Source: an uncultured Syntrophaceae bacterium (GTDB lineage: Bacteria > Desulfobacterota > Syntrophia > Syntrophales > UBA2210). From it: 38,588 nt of DNA. The position numbers and the translations under genes are program-made. Below, in pieces: positions 25,725-33,797 of the stretch. Location: the NCBI GenBank assembly GCA_964603235.1, contig CAZRUU010000001.1, positions 1 through 38,588 on the forward strand. Direction: 5' to 3'. The notes beneath the pieces were generated by a model. The model did no database searches, was not told the origin of the DNA, and saw only the letters and a program-made list of their open reading frames with translations. Position 1 is the first letter of the stretch. Each line of letters begins with the position of its first letter.

Positions 25725-25752
25725 AAGTCAATAATAATCATGATATTCATTA
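25725..25752 (-). promoter_or_regulatory. Candidate promoter region of the citrate-synthase-fold/aldehyde dehydrogenase operon (ATTATTATTGACTTGATTTATAT)
   Basis: The minus strand carries TTGACT (25736-25741) preceded by ATGATTATTA, as in the other modules. The -10 is not obvious. It implies a leader of about 160 nt. Confidence 0.35.
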
Positions 25753-25767
25753 CTGTTTGTTATGATC

Positions 25768-26640
25768 TCATTGGCTTACCCCTATGAAAATTACTCCCAG
25801 CGCAATGATGACAGAACCCGTCATCTTCTGCATGACATGCTGTTCTTTGAGCCATACAAGACCGTAAATCGTAGACAATACGATACTCACTTCTCGGACT
25901 GCGACGACGTAACTCACTTTGCTTATACGAAACGCAAAGAGCACCATCATATAAGTCAGGAGCACAACAACTCCCAGGGCAAGTATATTGTTTCTATTAC
26001 AGCGCCATTCCTTTTTCAGTGCCTCTCTTTTTTTTGTCAACACGAAGGGCGTCAACAGCACCACGACAATCAGCAGCATGATATATATATACAACGGCGG
26101 CTCCACAAAACCCACGCCTACCTTATCGACGAGTGAATAGCCTGCAATCGTAAGGCCCGTCATGATCGCCCAGGCTGACGCGCTATCCTTCACTGCGTGA
26201 AAAGGTTCTACGAAAGAATTGAATGCAAAGGATCTCAGGTGAATCACGTATATCCCTAACACAATCAGCGCGATACCAAGGGCCCCCAGCGGATAAATTT
26301 TTTCGTGCAGAAACAATACGGCCAGCAGCGGCACCAAAAGCGGTCCCGCGCCCCTGGAAATAGGATATACCAGCGAGAGATCGCCACGCTCGTAGGCACC
26401 ACTCATAAAAGTGAAATATAAAAGATGCAGCAGTCCCGTTGCAATGATACACAGCCATCCTTCCATTGCAATGTCAGCGCGAACCCAATAATAGAAAAAC
26501 ATTGGTGAATAAAAGACAAGCGACACAAGCAAGAAAGACCAGATGTAGGTAAGTTTATCGAGACTTTTTTTCAGAAAGAAATTCCACCCGGAATGCAAAA
26601 AAGCCGCCATTATCACTATCAAAAGAGCAACGTCACTCAC
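25768..26640 (-). CDS. EamA/DMT-family transporter (10-TM drug/metabolite exporter type)
   Basis: 290-aa hydrophobic ORF with two EamA-like halves. The ORF track start is a GTG, so the start is uncertain. Confidence 0.75.
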   Translation of the reverse strand: MSDVALLIVIMAAFLHSGWNFFLKKSLDKLTYIWSFLLVSLVFYSPMFFYYWVRADIAMEGWLCIIATGLLHLLYFTFMSGAYERGDLSLVYPISRGAGPLLVPLLAVLFLHEKIYPLGALGIALIVLGIYVIHLRSFAFNSFVEPFHAVKDSASAWAIMTGLTIAGYSLVDKVGVGFVEPPLYIYIMLLIVVVLLTPFVLTKKREALKKEWRCNRNNILALGVVVLLTYMMVLFAFRISKVSYVVAVREVSIVLSTIYGLVWLKEQHVMQKMTGSVIIALGVIFIGVSQ

Positions 26641-26725
26641 CTTAAAATCCCTGCACTTCCGAGCGGTTTTATCTGCACTGAATCAAGAATCCCTTCGTGG
26701 TACACCATGAGACACACTCTGCTTT

Positions 26726-27820
26726 TCACATAATGACGGCGACTCTTATCGCTTCGCCCGATTCCGCAATTCTCAACCCTTCGTTGATATCGTCCAGACT
26801 TACCCTGTGCGTGACAATTTCACTGAAGGGAAAATCCTTATGTCGCGCCTCGAGGAACTCGAGTCCCGCTTTTAAATGTTTTGCATCATAATTATGAATG
26901 CCTCTGAGAGTAAGTCTCCTGAAAACGAGGTCTCCGGCATCATAGGAAAAATCGGCACCATTGAAAACACACCCTACTTCAACATACCGTCCTCCGATCC
27001 GAAGACATTTGAGGCCGAGACCGATGAGACCCGGTACACCCGCCACTTCCATGGCGCAATCGACTCCATGATCGTCTGTAAGACTTTTAATCGCATCGAC
27101 GACTTCATCTTCTCTCATATTCCGTACATTTATCGTATCAGTAGCACCGAACCGTTTTATAAAATCCAACCGGTGCTCCAATATATCGGTAACAATAATT
27201 TTTCTGCATCCGTAATGCGATGCCAGCGCGGCGGCATAAAATCCAAGCGCTCCAGCTCCCTGGATTAGTACGTTCTCAAAGGGTTTGACTTCGCCCGCCT
27301 CCCATCCAGCCACCACGGTTGCAAGGGCGCAGTTTGCCGGCGCCACTTCTTCGTCCGTGAGGTTTTCCGGAATCTTGAAGACGCAGGTGCCGGGTGTAAT
27401 ATAACAGTATTCGGCAAAACCGCCTTTGAAATGTGGAGAATCCGCACAACTGTCGTGACCGTACTTTTTCAGGTTTCGGCATTTCATGGGCAGGCCTTTA
27501 TCACGGCAATAATAACATTTTCCGCAGTTGTCCATAATCGTCCACGTGATCCGGTCACCGATCTGTAGCGGCTTGTCCGCGGTGTCATGCGTCACCCCCT
27601 TGCCGAATTCTACAATCGTTCCGACTATTTCATGGCCGAGAATAATAGGAACAGGCGCGGGCCTGTGGCCCAGCCATGAATGAACGTCGGAGCCGCAGAT
27701 GGTGCAGCAGGTTATCTTAACAAGGATACATCCCTTTTCTACCTCAGGTAAGGGATATTCTATGAATTCAAGATCCTTTTTCTGGGCCGTCATCACAGCG
27801 GCTCTTGCCATCTTGGTCAT
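26726..27820 (-). CDS. Zn-dependent medium-chain alcohol dehydrogenase
   Basis: 364 aa. Catalytic Zn ligands in CTICGSDVHSW...GHEIVG. Structural Zn CGKCYYCRDKGLPMKC. Rossmann LIQGAGALGFYAAALA. Confidence 0.85.
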   Translation of the reverse strand: MTKMARAAVMTAQKKDLEFIEYPLPEVEKGCILVKITCCTICGSDVHSWLGHRPAPVPIILGHEIVGTIVEFGKGVTHDTADKPLQIGDRITWTIMDNCGKCYYCRDKGLPMKCRNLKKYGHDSCADSPHFKGGFAEYCYITPGTCVFKIPENLTDEEVAPANCALATVVAGWEAGEVKPFENVLIQGAGALGFYAAALASHYGCRKIIVTDILEHRLDFIKRFGATDTINVRNMREDEVVDAIKSLTDDHGVDCAMEVAGVPGLIGLGLKCLRIGGRYVEVGCVFNGADFSYDAGDLVFRRLTLRGIHNYDAKHLKAGLEFLEARHKDFPFSEIVTHRVSLDDINEGLRIAESGEAIRVAVIM

Positions 27821-27855
27821 TTTGATACCTCAATAAACAGATGATAAATAGTCAG

Positions 27856-27876
27856 GTCGGCCAGATTGCGGCCGAC
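27856..27876 (-). terminator. Hairpin (GTCGGCC n7 GGCCGAC) between the TRAP large-permease gene and the alcohol dehydrogenase gene
   Basis: Perfect 7-bp GC-rich stem. On the minus strand the U-rich ctgactatttatcatctgtttatt follows. Confidence 0.4.
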
Positions 27877-27963
27877 TTAAAACAGGATTGTCAGCATCCC
27901 CACCCAATCTCTGCTGTCCTGAAGAGTAACACTCCCTCTGAATCGCACTCCGCCATCATTCTC

Positions 27964-29280
27964 TCAATCGAACAGAAGACCGGGAAGCCAGAGCGCAATC
28001 TGCGGAAAGAAATAAATCAAAGCCACGCCCACGACTTGCAGAGCCATGAACGGCATCATTCCCTTATAGATATCCATGAGTGACCACTCCGGCATAATTC
28101 CCTTGATATAGTAGGCCGATAAAGCCACCGGAGGGGAGAGCCAGCATGTCTGCAGCACGACGGCCAGCAGAATGCAAAACCATAACATATTGATATCCAT
28201 CCCCATGAGAACCGGAATAAAGATAGGTATAATGATCACCACGATGGGAACCCACTCCAGGGGCCAGCCCAGGATAAAACAGACTATCAGGATGCCGGCC
28301 AGAAAAACCCAGTTGGGCAAATTCCAGGAAAGGAGAGTGTTGGCGATGAAGGCCGGCGTTCCCATCGAGGAAAAAACCACTCCCATGAATGTGGAAGCCG
28401 CGAGAAGAACCATCACCATGCTCGTCGTTTCGGCAGTGCGGAAGACGGCTTCCTTCACGAGCTTTAAGTTCAGTCTCCCGTTCAGCCATGTTACTATCAA
28501 GGCCCCAAGGCATCCGAGGGCCGCCCCTTCTGTGGGTGTGGCAATTCCTGATATAATGCTCCCCAGTGTCGCCAGGATGAGGACTGTCGGGGGCAGAAGT
28601 CCCAGAAAAAACTCACGAGCCTTGTAACTTGCGGCTACGTCGAGTTCCTCATCGGACAGAGGCGGACCCAGCTCCGGGTTGATCATGACCCTGATCATCG
28701 TGTATACGACGTACATGCTCGCGAGCATGATCCCTGGCAGGATCGCTGCGGAAAACAGCCGGGCCACGGAAACCTGCATCACCGGTCCCATGACCACTAG
28801 CATAATGCTGGGCGGTATCAGGATCCCCAGCGTTCCGCCGGCGCAAATACTTCCGGCGCTGAGCGAGGGGTTGTAATTGGCCTTGTTCATGACGGGAGCG
28901 GCCATCACTCCGATGATGGTGACGGCGGCGCCCACAATCCCCGTTGCCGCCGCGAACAAAGTTGCCGAAAAGATGGTCCCTATGTACAATGAGCCCTTGA
29001 GCCGGCCGGAAATGAGAAGAAGAGATCTGAAGAGACGTTCCATCAGTCCCGCCTTCTCGAGTATATAGCCCATAAAGGTAAAAAGCGCCACAGCCGCGAG
29101 AACCGTATCTGTCATCGTGTCGAACCAGGTAAGAGTCATAAGGTAGAACACCTTAGTGCCTAACCCGATAAAACCGAATGCCATGCCGAGTGCGATCAGC
29201 GTGAAAGAAATGGGGAATCCCACACAGATAAAGACGAATAGAGCCACCAAAAGTATTAAACCGTATATTTCCAAACTCAT
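27964..29280 (-). CDS. TRAP transporter large permease (DctM family)
   Basis: 438-aa polytopic ORF of typical DctM size and composition, downstream of the DctQ-like and DctP-like genes. Confidence 0.9.
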   Translation of the reverse strand: MSLEIYGLILLVALFVFICVGFPISFTLIALGMAFGFIGLGTKVFYLMTLTWFDTMTDTVLAAVALFTFMGYILEKAGLMERLFRSLLLISGRLKGSLYIGTIFSATLFAAATGIVGAAVTIIGVMAAPVMNKANYNPSLSAGSICAGGTLGILIPPSIMLVVMGPVMQVSVARLFSAAILPGIMLASMYVVYTMIRVMINPELGPPLSDEELDVAASYKAREFFLGLLPPTVLILATLGSIISGIATPTEGAALGCLGALIVTWLNGRLNLKLVKEAVFRTAETTSMVMVLLAASTFMGVVFSSMGTPAFIANTLLSWNLPNWVFLAGILIVCFILGWPLEWVPIVVIIIPIFIPVLMGMDINMLWFCILLAVVLQTCWLSPPVALSAYYIKGIMPEWSLMDIYKGMMPFMALQVVGVALIYFFPQIALWLPGLLFD

Positions 29281-29385
29281 TTATTCCTCCTACTACATGT
29301 CGTTTCCATGCATTCAAAAAGTTCCGCCGTTCCCTGAATCAACAGAAGAGTCAAGGGCAATGCTGTACCAGGGTGGATAACGGAT

Positions 29386-29928
29386 TCATGTAATCTCAGT
29401 GGGTTCCTCTTCCCGGTGGCGAGTATCCTCCCCCGTCCGTAAAAACTTTATCGATTTGAGAAGTTCCGAGATCCCCTGGAGAAACAGCAGGGTGCCACCT
29501 AAGGGAATTGTCGATTTGTACCAGTATGCCGGGGGCCTCCACGTCGTCATCAGCTCTTCCCTCAAGGCCCAGGAACCGGCAGCATACTCCATGCTCAGCC
29601 AGACGAACATCGCTATCCCGGGTAGAAAGAGGAAGACATAGCAAAACACGTCAACCCAGCACTGCGTCCGTGGTTTCCAATTTTGATAAAGAAAATCAGT
29701 CCGGATATGTTTCCCCATGTAGAGAGTCATGGCTGCAGCAAGCCAATAATGAGTCCCGTAGCACATGGTAGATATATCAATAGCCCATAACGTTGGGCGG
29801 TACGTATAACGGATAAAGACCTCCCAGACCAGCGCGCCCGCCATCGGGAGGATAAGCCAAGCAGCGGTTTTCCCTGTCCATATGCTGATCTGATCGATCA
29901 CTTTGGTGATCCGATCCATATTTTTCAT
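29386..29928 (-). CDS. TRAP transporter small permease (DctQ family)
   Basis: About 180 aa with four predicted TM segments. I prefer the ATG at 29928 (GGAG 9 nt upstream) to the GTG at 29943. Confidence 0.8.
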   Translation of the reverse strand: MKNMDRITKVIDQISIWTGKTAAWLILPMAGALVWEVFIRYTYRPTLWAIDISTMCYGTHYWLAAAMTLYMGKHIRTDFLYQNWKPRTQCWVDVFCYVFLFLPGIAMFVWLSMEYAAGSWALREELMTTWRPPAYWYKSTIPLGGTLLFLQGISELLKSIKFLRTGEDTRHREEEPTEIT

Positions 29929-30038
29929 AGCTTCAGTCTCCACAATCTCGCGATGGCCCAGCCCTGAGCCATCGCTCCTTGTTGAAATGGTAGTTTTTCT
30001 AACGCTCTCTCGGCATCTTCACCCACAATATCTTACCC

Positions 30039-30076
30039 GGCCAACCTTTCCCGACAATATCCGGGAAGGGTTGGCC
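30039..30076 (-). promoter_or_regulatory. Strong intercistronic stem-loop between the TRAP receptor and small-permease genes
   Basis: GGCCAACCTTTCCCG acaatatc CGGGAAGGGTTGGCC pairs 14 of 15 positions. No U-tract follows, so it resembles an mRNA-stability or differential-expression hairpin downstream of a binding-protein gene. Confidence 0.55.
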
Positions 30077-30138
30077 CAAGCAAGATGTTTGTGGCGATCA
30101 GACCCGCCATGCGACGCATTCGCCGCTTTTATAAGCGC

Positions 30139-31260
30139 TTATTTTTTGATCTCCGCAGCTCCGGCGATCAACTGCCCCAGCTTGTTGGTCTCTTTGGTGA
30201 AAGGGACCACCAGAGTGGCATATTTGCGCTGTGAATCGAGGACCTTTTTAAAGAACGGTTCTTTCGCCTCGATTTTACCGAGCACTCTTTTCGCTGATTT
30301 AATGAAGGCCTCCGAATACCCGGGAGGCGCGTCGAACACATTGACGCCCTTTTCCTCGATCAGTATCTTCAGGGCCTTGGAATTCTCTTCAATAAAGAAC
30401 ATCAAACCATCGATGATCGACTTTGAGGTTGCACAGGTGATGATCGCCTGGAGATCCGGGGGCAGTGCACGCCATGCCTCGCCGTTGATTATAATATCCT
30501 GGATGCCGATCGCCTGGTGGAGCCCCTGAAGGGAGTAGTTCTTACACACGTCATAGAGCCCCATCTTCAGGTCACTGGACGTATTGATCCACTCCCCACC
30601 ATCGAGAAGACCCCTCTCCAACGCGGGGATGATCTCGGCTCCATGCATATTCACCGGGATACCGCCCATATCCTTCAGGACATCCGACGACAGGCCCGAA
30701 GACATGCGGTATCTCTTTTTCAGGTAATCTTTGAGCGTCTTGGGCTGCACCCGGGACCACCCGAAGGCCTCAGGTCCGTCCGGCGCGATCATGAAGGGCA
30801 TGACGTCCGCACCGAGGATCTTAGTGTAATATTCCAGGTAGAGATCCCTTCCTTCCCCTTGCAGGTACCAGGAAAGATGGTTGAACATGTCAAGCCCGCT
30901 TCCTGCACCGCCAAGCGGGGAGCTGAAGAGACTACCGGCCGGGTTTTTCCCCATCGTGTAATGGGTCCAAAACTGTCCGCACTGGATGATCCCCTTGTCG
31001 ACAGCGTCCAAAAGTTGAAAGGGTTTCACGATGGCTCCACTCGCGAGGACTTCGATCTTCAGTCTCCCTGCCGACATCTTATCAATGTCGTCAGCCATTC
31101 TGTTCAGCAACACAATTTGAGGGGCCCCTGCTGGGTGTGAGCTTTGCATCTTCCACTTGATCTGTGCCGCATGCGCTGACACTGTAAGACCGGAAATGCT
31201 CAAGGTCAAAGCGCAGGCAACAACCACTGCCAACGAAACACCTAAAATTTTTCTTTTCAT
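30139..31260 (-). CDS. TRAP transporter periplasmic solute receptor (DctP family, long subtype)
   Basis: 373 aa with a signal peptide ending SAHAAQ. Strong RBS AAGGAGGAAG. It is the first gene of the DctP-Q-M array. Confidence 0.85.
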   Translation of the reverse strand: MKRKILGVSLAVVVACALTLSISGLTVSAHAAQIKWKMQSSHPAGAPQIVLLNRMADDIDKMSAGRLKIEVLASGAIVKPFQLLDAVDKGIIQCGQFWTHYTMGKNPAGSLFSSPLGGAGSGLDMFNHLSWYLQGEGRDLYLEYYTKILGADVMPFMIAPDGPEAFGWSRVQPKTLKDYLKKRYRMSSGLSSDVLKDMGGIPVNMHGAEIIPALERGLLDGGEWINTSSDLKMGLYDVCKNYSLQGLHQAIGIQDIIINGEAWRALPPDLQAIITCATSKSIIDGLMFFIEENSKALKILIEEKGVNVFDAPPGYSEAFIKSAKRVLGKIEAKEPFFKKVLDSQRKYATLVVPFTKETNKLGQLIAGAAEIKK

Positions 31261-31469
31261 GGTCTTCCTCCTTAGTACGTTAGGTTAGTAGTTCAACTAA
31301 TTTTAAAATCCCAACTATATTCTACCACTTGTCGCTCTTTGTTCCCTCCTTTCTCTTCGTATTTGATATGATTTTGAGAAAATCCCTTACTATCGGATAT
31401 TGGTTTGGCAGGACAGCATGTCTTTCCAGGTATCCTTAACGATATTGCCGTCTCTCGATCCGAATCATT

Positions 31470-32435
31470 TTACTGTTTCTTTTTTTTAGACTTCATTTCC
31501 TCATAGGTCCTGTTTAAAAGCCGTATTACGTCATAATCCGTGTCTTGCATGCTCACGCACTTTTCGGCCTTGACATTGTCAAGCCACGCCTGGCATGTGG
31601 GCTCTTCATGGATGGTAAGAAATGCCTGCCTGATTTTTTCTCTCAAGTCCGGAGGGAGGTCCATCCTGTACGCAAAGGGATCCTGGGGAATCGTTGCGGA
31701 CCACCAGATGTAATTGAAATCCTCTTTTTTCACGACGTTGCGCTCTACAACGTTGTCGAATCGATGGCTGGCGACAAATGCGCAGTCTATCTTGCCGTCA
31801 TAAACCGCCATGATGGAAAGATCATGTCCCCCTGAATAGACTACCTTCTTGAAATACTCCTCCAGGGGCATTCCGATCTCTTTTGCGAAAACCACCCGGG
31901 GCACCAGATTTCCCGACGTGCTTTCAGGATCAGTCAGAACGATAGTCGCTCCCTTTATGGATTCAACCGATGTATATTTGCTGCCCTTTTTTGTTATGAT
32001 GACGGCCTGGTATCCCGGGCCGCTTTTGCTGATATATCCCTGTTTCTTCTTGTAGGTGGCGAATACCACTATGTTGGGATCTTTTTCGTGGGCAATCACG
32101 TATGAAAATGGTCCGTGAACGGCGACATCCACCCACCCATTAACCTGCGCTTCCACAACGCTGGAATAGGAGGCGGGCATATAGAAATTTATTTTTTTCC
32201 CGGTGCATTTTGAAAGATAGTCTATAAGAGGCTTATAGATGTTAAGTTCCTGGATGGTTTCCTCGGTGGGGATGATGGAAAATGTGAGAACCTCAGGATT
32301 CTTCAACCTGTCATCCGCAGAGAGACAGCCTGCCCCTGAGAGGATGAGACATGCCGATGCAAAGAAGGCGACCACTAATCTTGAGATTATTATTTTCTTC
32401 ACAATGCCAACCTTACTGCGCTTGTAACTAATCAA
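31470..32435 (-). CDS. PhnD-like phosphate/phosphonate-type periplasmic binding protein, orphan (no cognate ABC permease or ATPase adjacent)
   Basis: LTFSIIPTEETIQELNIYKPLIDYLSKCTGKKINFYMPASYSSVVEAQVNGWVDVAVHGPFSYV fits the PhnD family. The ORF track start is a TTG; a GTG at 32402 would give an MKKIIISRL... signal peptide. Confidence 0.75.
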   Translation of the reverse strand: MISYKRSKVGIVKKIIISRLVVAFFASACLILSGAGCLSADDRLKNPEVLTFSIIPTEETIQELNIYKPLIDYLSKCTGKKINFYMPASYSSVVEAQVNGWVDVAVHGPFSYVIAHEKDPNIVVFATYKKKQGYISKSGPGYQAVIITKKGSKYTSVESIKGATIVLTDPESTSGNLVPRVVFAKEIGMPLEEYFKKVVYSGGHDLSIMAVYDGKIDCAFVASHRFDNVVERNVVKKEDFNYIWWSATIPQDPFAYRMDLPPDLREKIRQAFLTIHEEPTCQAWLDNVKAEKCVSMQDTDYDVIRLLNRTYEEMKSKKKKQ

Positions 32436-32546
32436 TTTATAAGGATACTTTTCACTCCCGCAGTGCGAATAACAACTAGTATTGTTGCCATCTGTAATTG
32501 TAATAACATGGGGGAAACTCCGTTAAGTTTCCTGAGACACTCCTTA

Positions 32547-32946
32547 TCAGGGTACATAAATAACCTTCAGCTCCGTCCTGTAGATCCTGCCCGTTGAGCG
32601 GTCCCTCGCGCTTATCGAAAGGACGTTGTCTCCCGGTTGCAGATCTACCCCGTGAATCCGCCAGTTAACGGTCCCCTCTGCTATACCGCTCCCCCCCCCT
32701 GTTGTTAATCCAGTATAGTGCGTCAATGTCACTGAAGGTCAGTCCGGCAAGCTCGATGGGCGATGTTTTCAGGATCTTCCCATCGCCCACAAACTGGGGT
32801 TCGGTGATTACGATCTCGGGTAACTTCCGGTCTTCTTCCTTCAGCACACCGCTTCCTCTCAAGTCTCCCTTCATTTCTGTGTAGCCGGAAAGAGCAAAAC
32901 TTGAGGCTATAAGGATTATAATAAAAGATAAAAAATACTTTTTCAT
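32547..32946 (-). pseudogene. Small exported protein gene interrupted by a frameshift at a G9 tract
   Basis: ORF 32665-32946 (signal peptide MKKYFLSFIIILIASSFALSG) and ORF 32547-32732 are in different frames and overlap at the homopolymer 32691-32699 (C9 on the plus strand). Removing one G joins ...ALYWINNRGG to SGIAEGTVNWRIHGVDLQPGDN... Confidence 0.55.
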
Positions 32947-33097
32947 TTGGTATATTGTTTTTTCCTTTGTCGGAATCGGTTGCCTGTTAAATCTACTGAG
33001 GGTATCGTACTTCCTGAAGGGATATAACCGAGTAGAAAAACCCTTCTTTAGTATAATAAGTTATACAGCGAAAACGGATGAAGACAATAGCATGATA

Positions 33098-33117
33098 TAC
33101 TCATTTACACATGAGTA
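33098..33117. promoter_or_regulatory. Inverted repeat of NarL-type heptamers (TACTCAT n6 ATGAGTA)
   Basis: TACTCAT fits the NarL heptamer consensus TACYYMT exactly. The repeat lies 24 nt downstream of the NarL-family regulator gene and upstream of the exported-protein, PhnD-like and TRAP genes. Confidence 0.35.
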
Positions 33118-33140
33118 AAAATACCTATCAAATGAGCGTC

Positions 33141-33797
33141 TTAGCCGCTAATTGAGATATAGTTTTTGCTGATGGCGTATTTTACCAGTTCTGAGATGTT
33201 CTTGAGATTCAGCTTTTTCATTATATTTGCGCGGTGATTTTCTACTGTTCGAGTGCTTATACACAGCATACCTGCGATTTCTTTGTTCTTTTTACCTTCG
33301 GCGATGAATTTTATGATCTCCCTTTCACGAGAGGTAAGGATTTCAAAATCGTGACGGCTATTTCCCCTGCACATCTGAACGAAATTATCGGCAAGATCAT
33401 TTGCAAGGATGGGGGAAATGAAAACGCCCCCTTCCCGGATCTTTTCTATCGCCATATACAATTCGGTGTCGGCATCTTCTTTCAGGAGGTAACCCTCGGC
33501 ACCTGCTGAAATGCAATGGTACAGATAGTCCCTTCCCTTATGCATGGTCAGGATGAGAATTTTTGTATTGGGGTTCGACATTTTTATTTCGCGCGTGGCT
33601 TCGATTCCCCGTATGTTCGGCATGGATATATCAAGAATAACCATGTGGGGAGTTATCTTTTTTAACAGGTGAAGAAGTTCCAGGCCGTCGCTTGCCTCTC
33701 CTATAACTGTCACATCGTCCAGTTCCTCAAGTATCTTCCGTATTCCCTGACGGAACATCTTATGGTCGTCGGCCAGTATGATGTTGTAGCGTTCCAT
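33141..33797 (-). CDS. NarL/FixJ-family response regulator (REC + LuxR-type HTH)
   Basis: 218 aa. ILADDHKMFRQG, phospho-acceptor context VILDISMPNIRG, and HTH LTSREREIIKFIAEGKKNKEIAGMLCISTRTVENHRANIMKKL. The start overlaps the kinase stop (TAATG). Confidence 0.9.
   Translation of the reverse strand: MERYNIILADDHKMFRQGIRKILEELDDVTVIGEASDGLELLHLLKKITPHMVILDISMPNIRGIEATREIKMSNPNTKILILTMHKGRDYLYHCISAGAEGYLLKEDADTELYMAIEKIREGGVFISPILANDLADNFVQMCRGNSRHDFEILTSREREIIKFIAEGKKNKEIAGMLCISTRTVENHRANIMKKLNLKNISELVKYAISKNYISISG

Noticed and set aside
31400-31425. Possible sigma54 promoter (TGGAAAGACATGCTG on the minus strand) upstream of the TRAP receptor gene
   Set aside because: The GG-to-GC spacing is 8 nt rather than the 10 nt of the -24/-12 consensus, and no enhancer-binding protein is encoded nearby.
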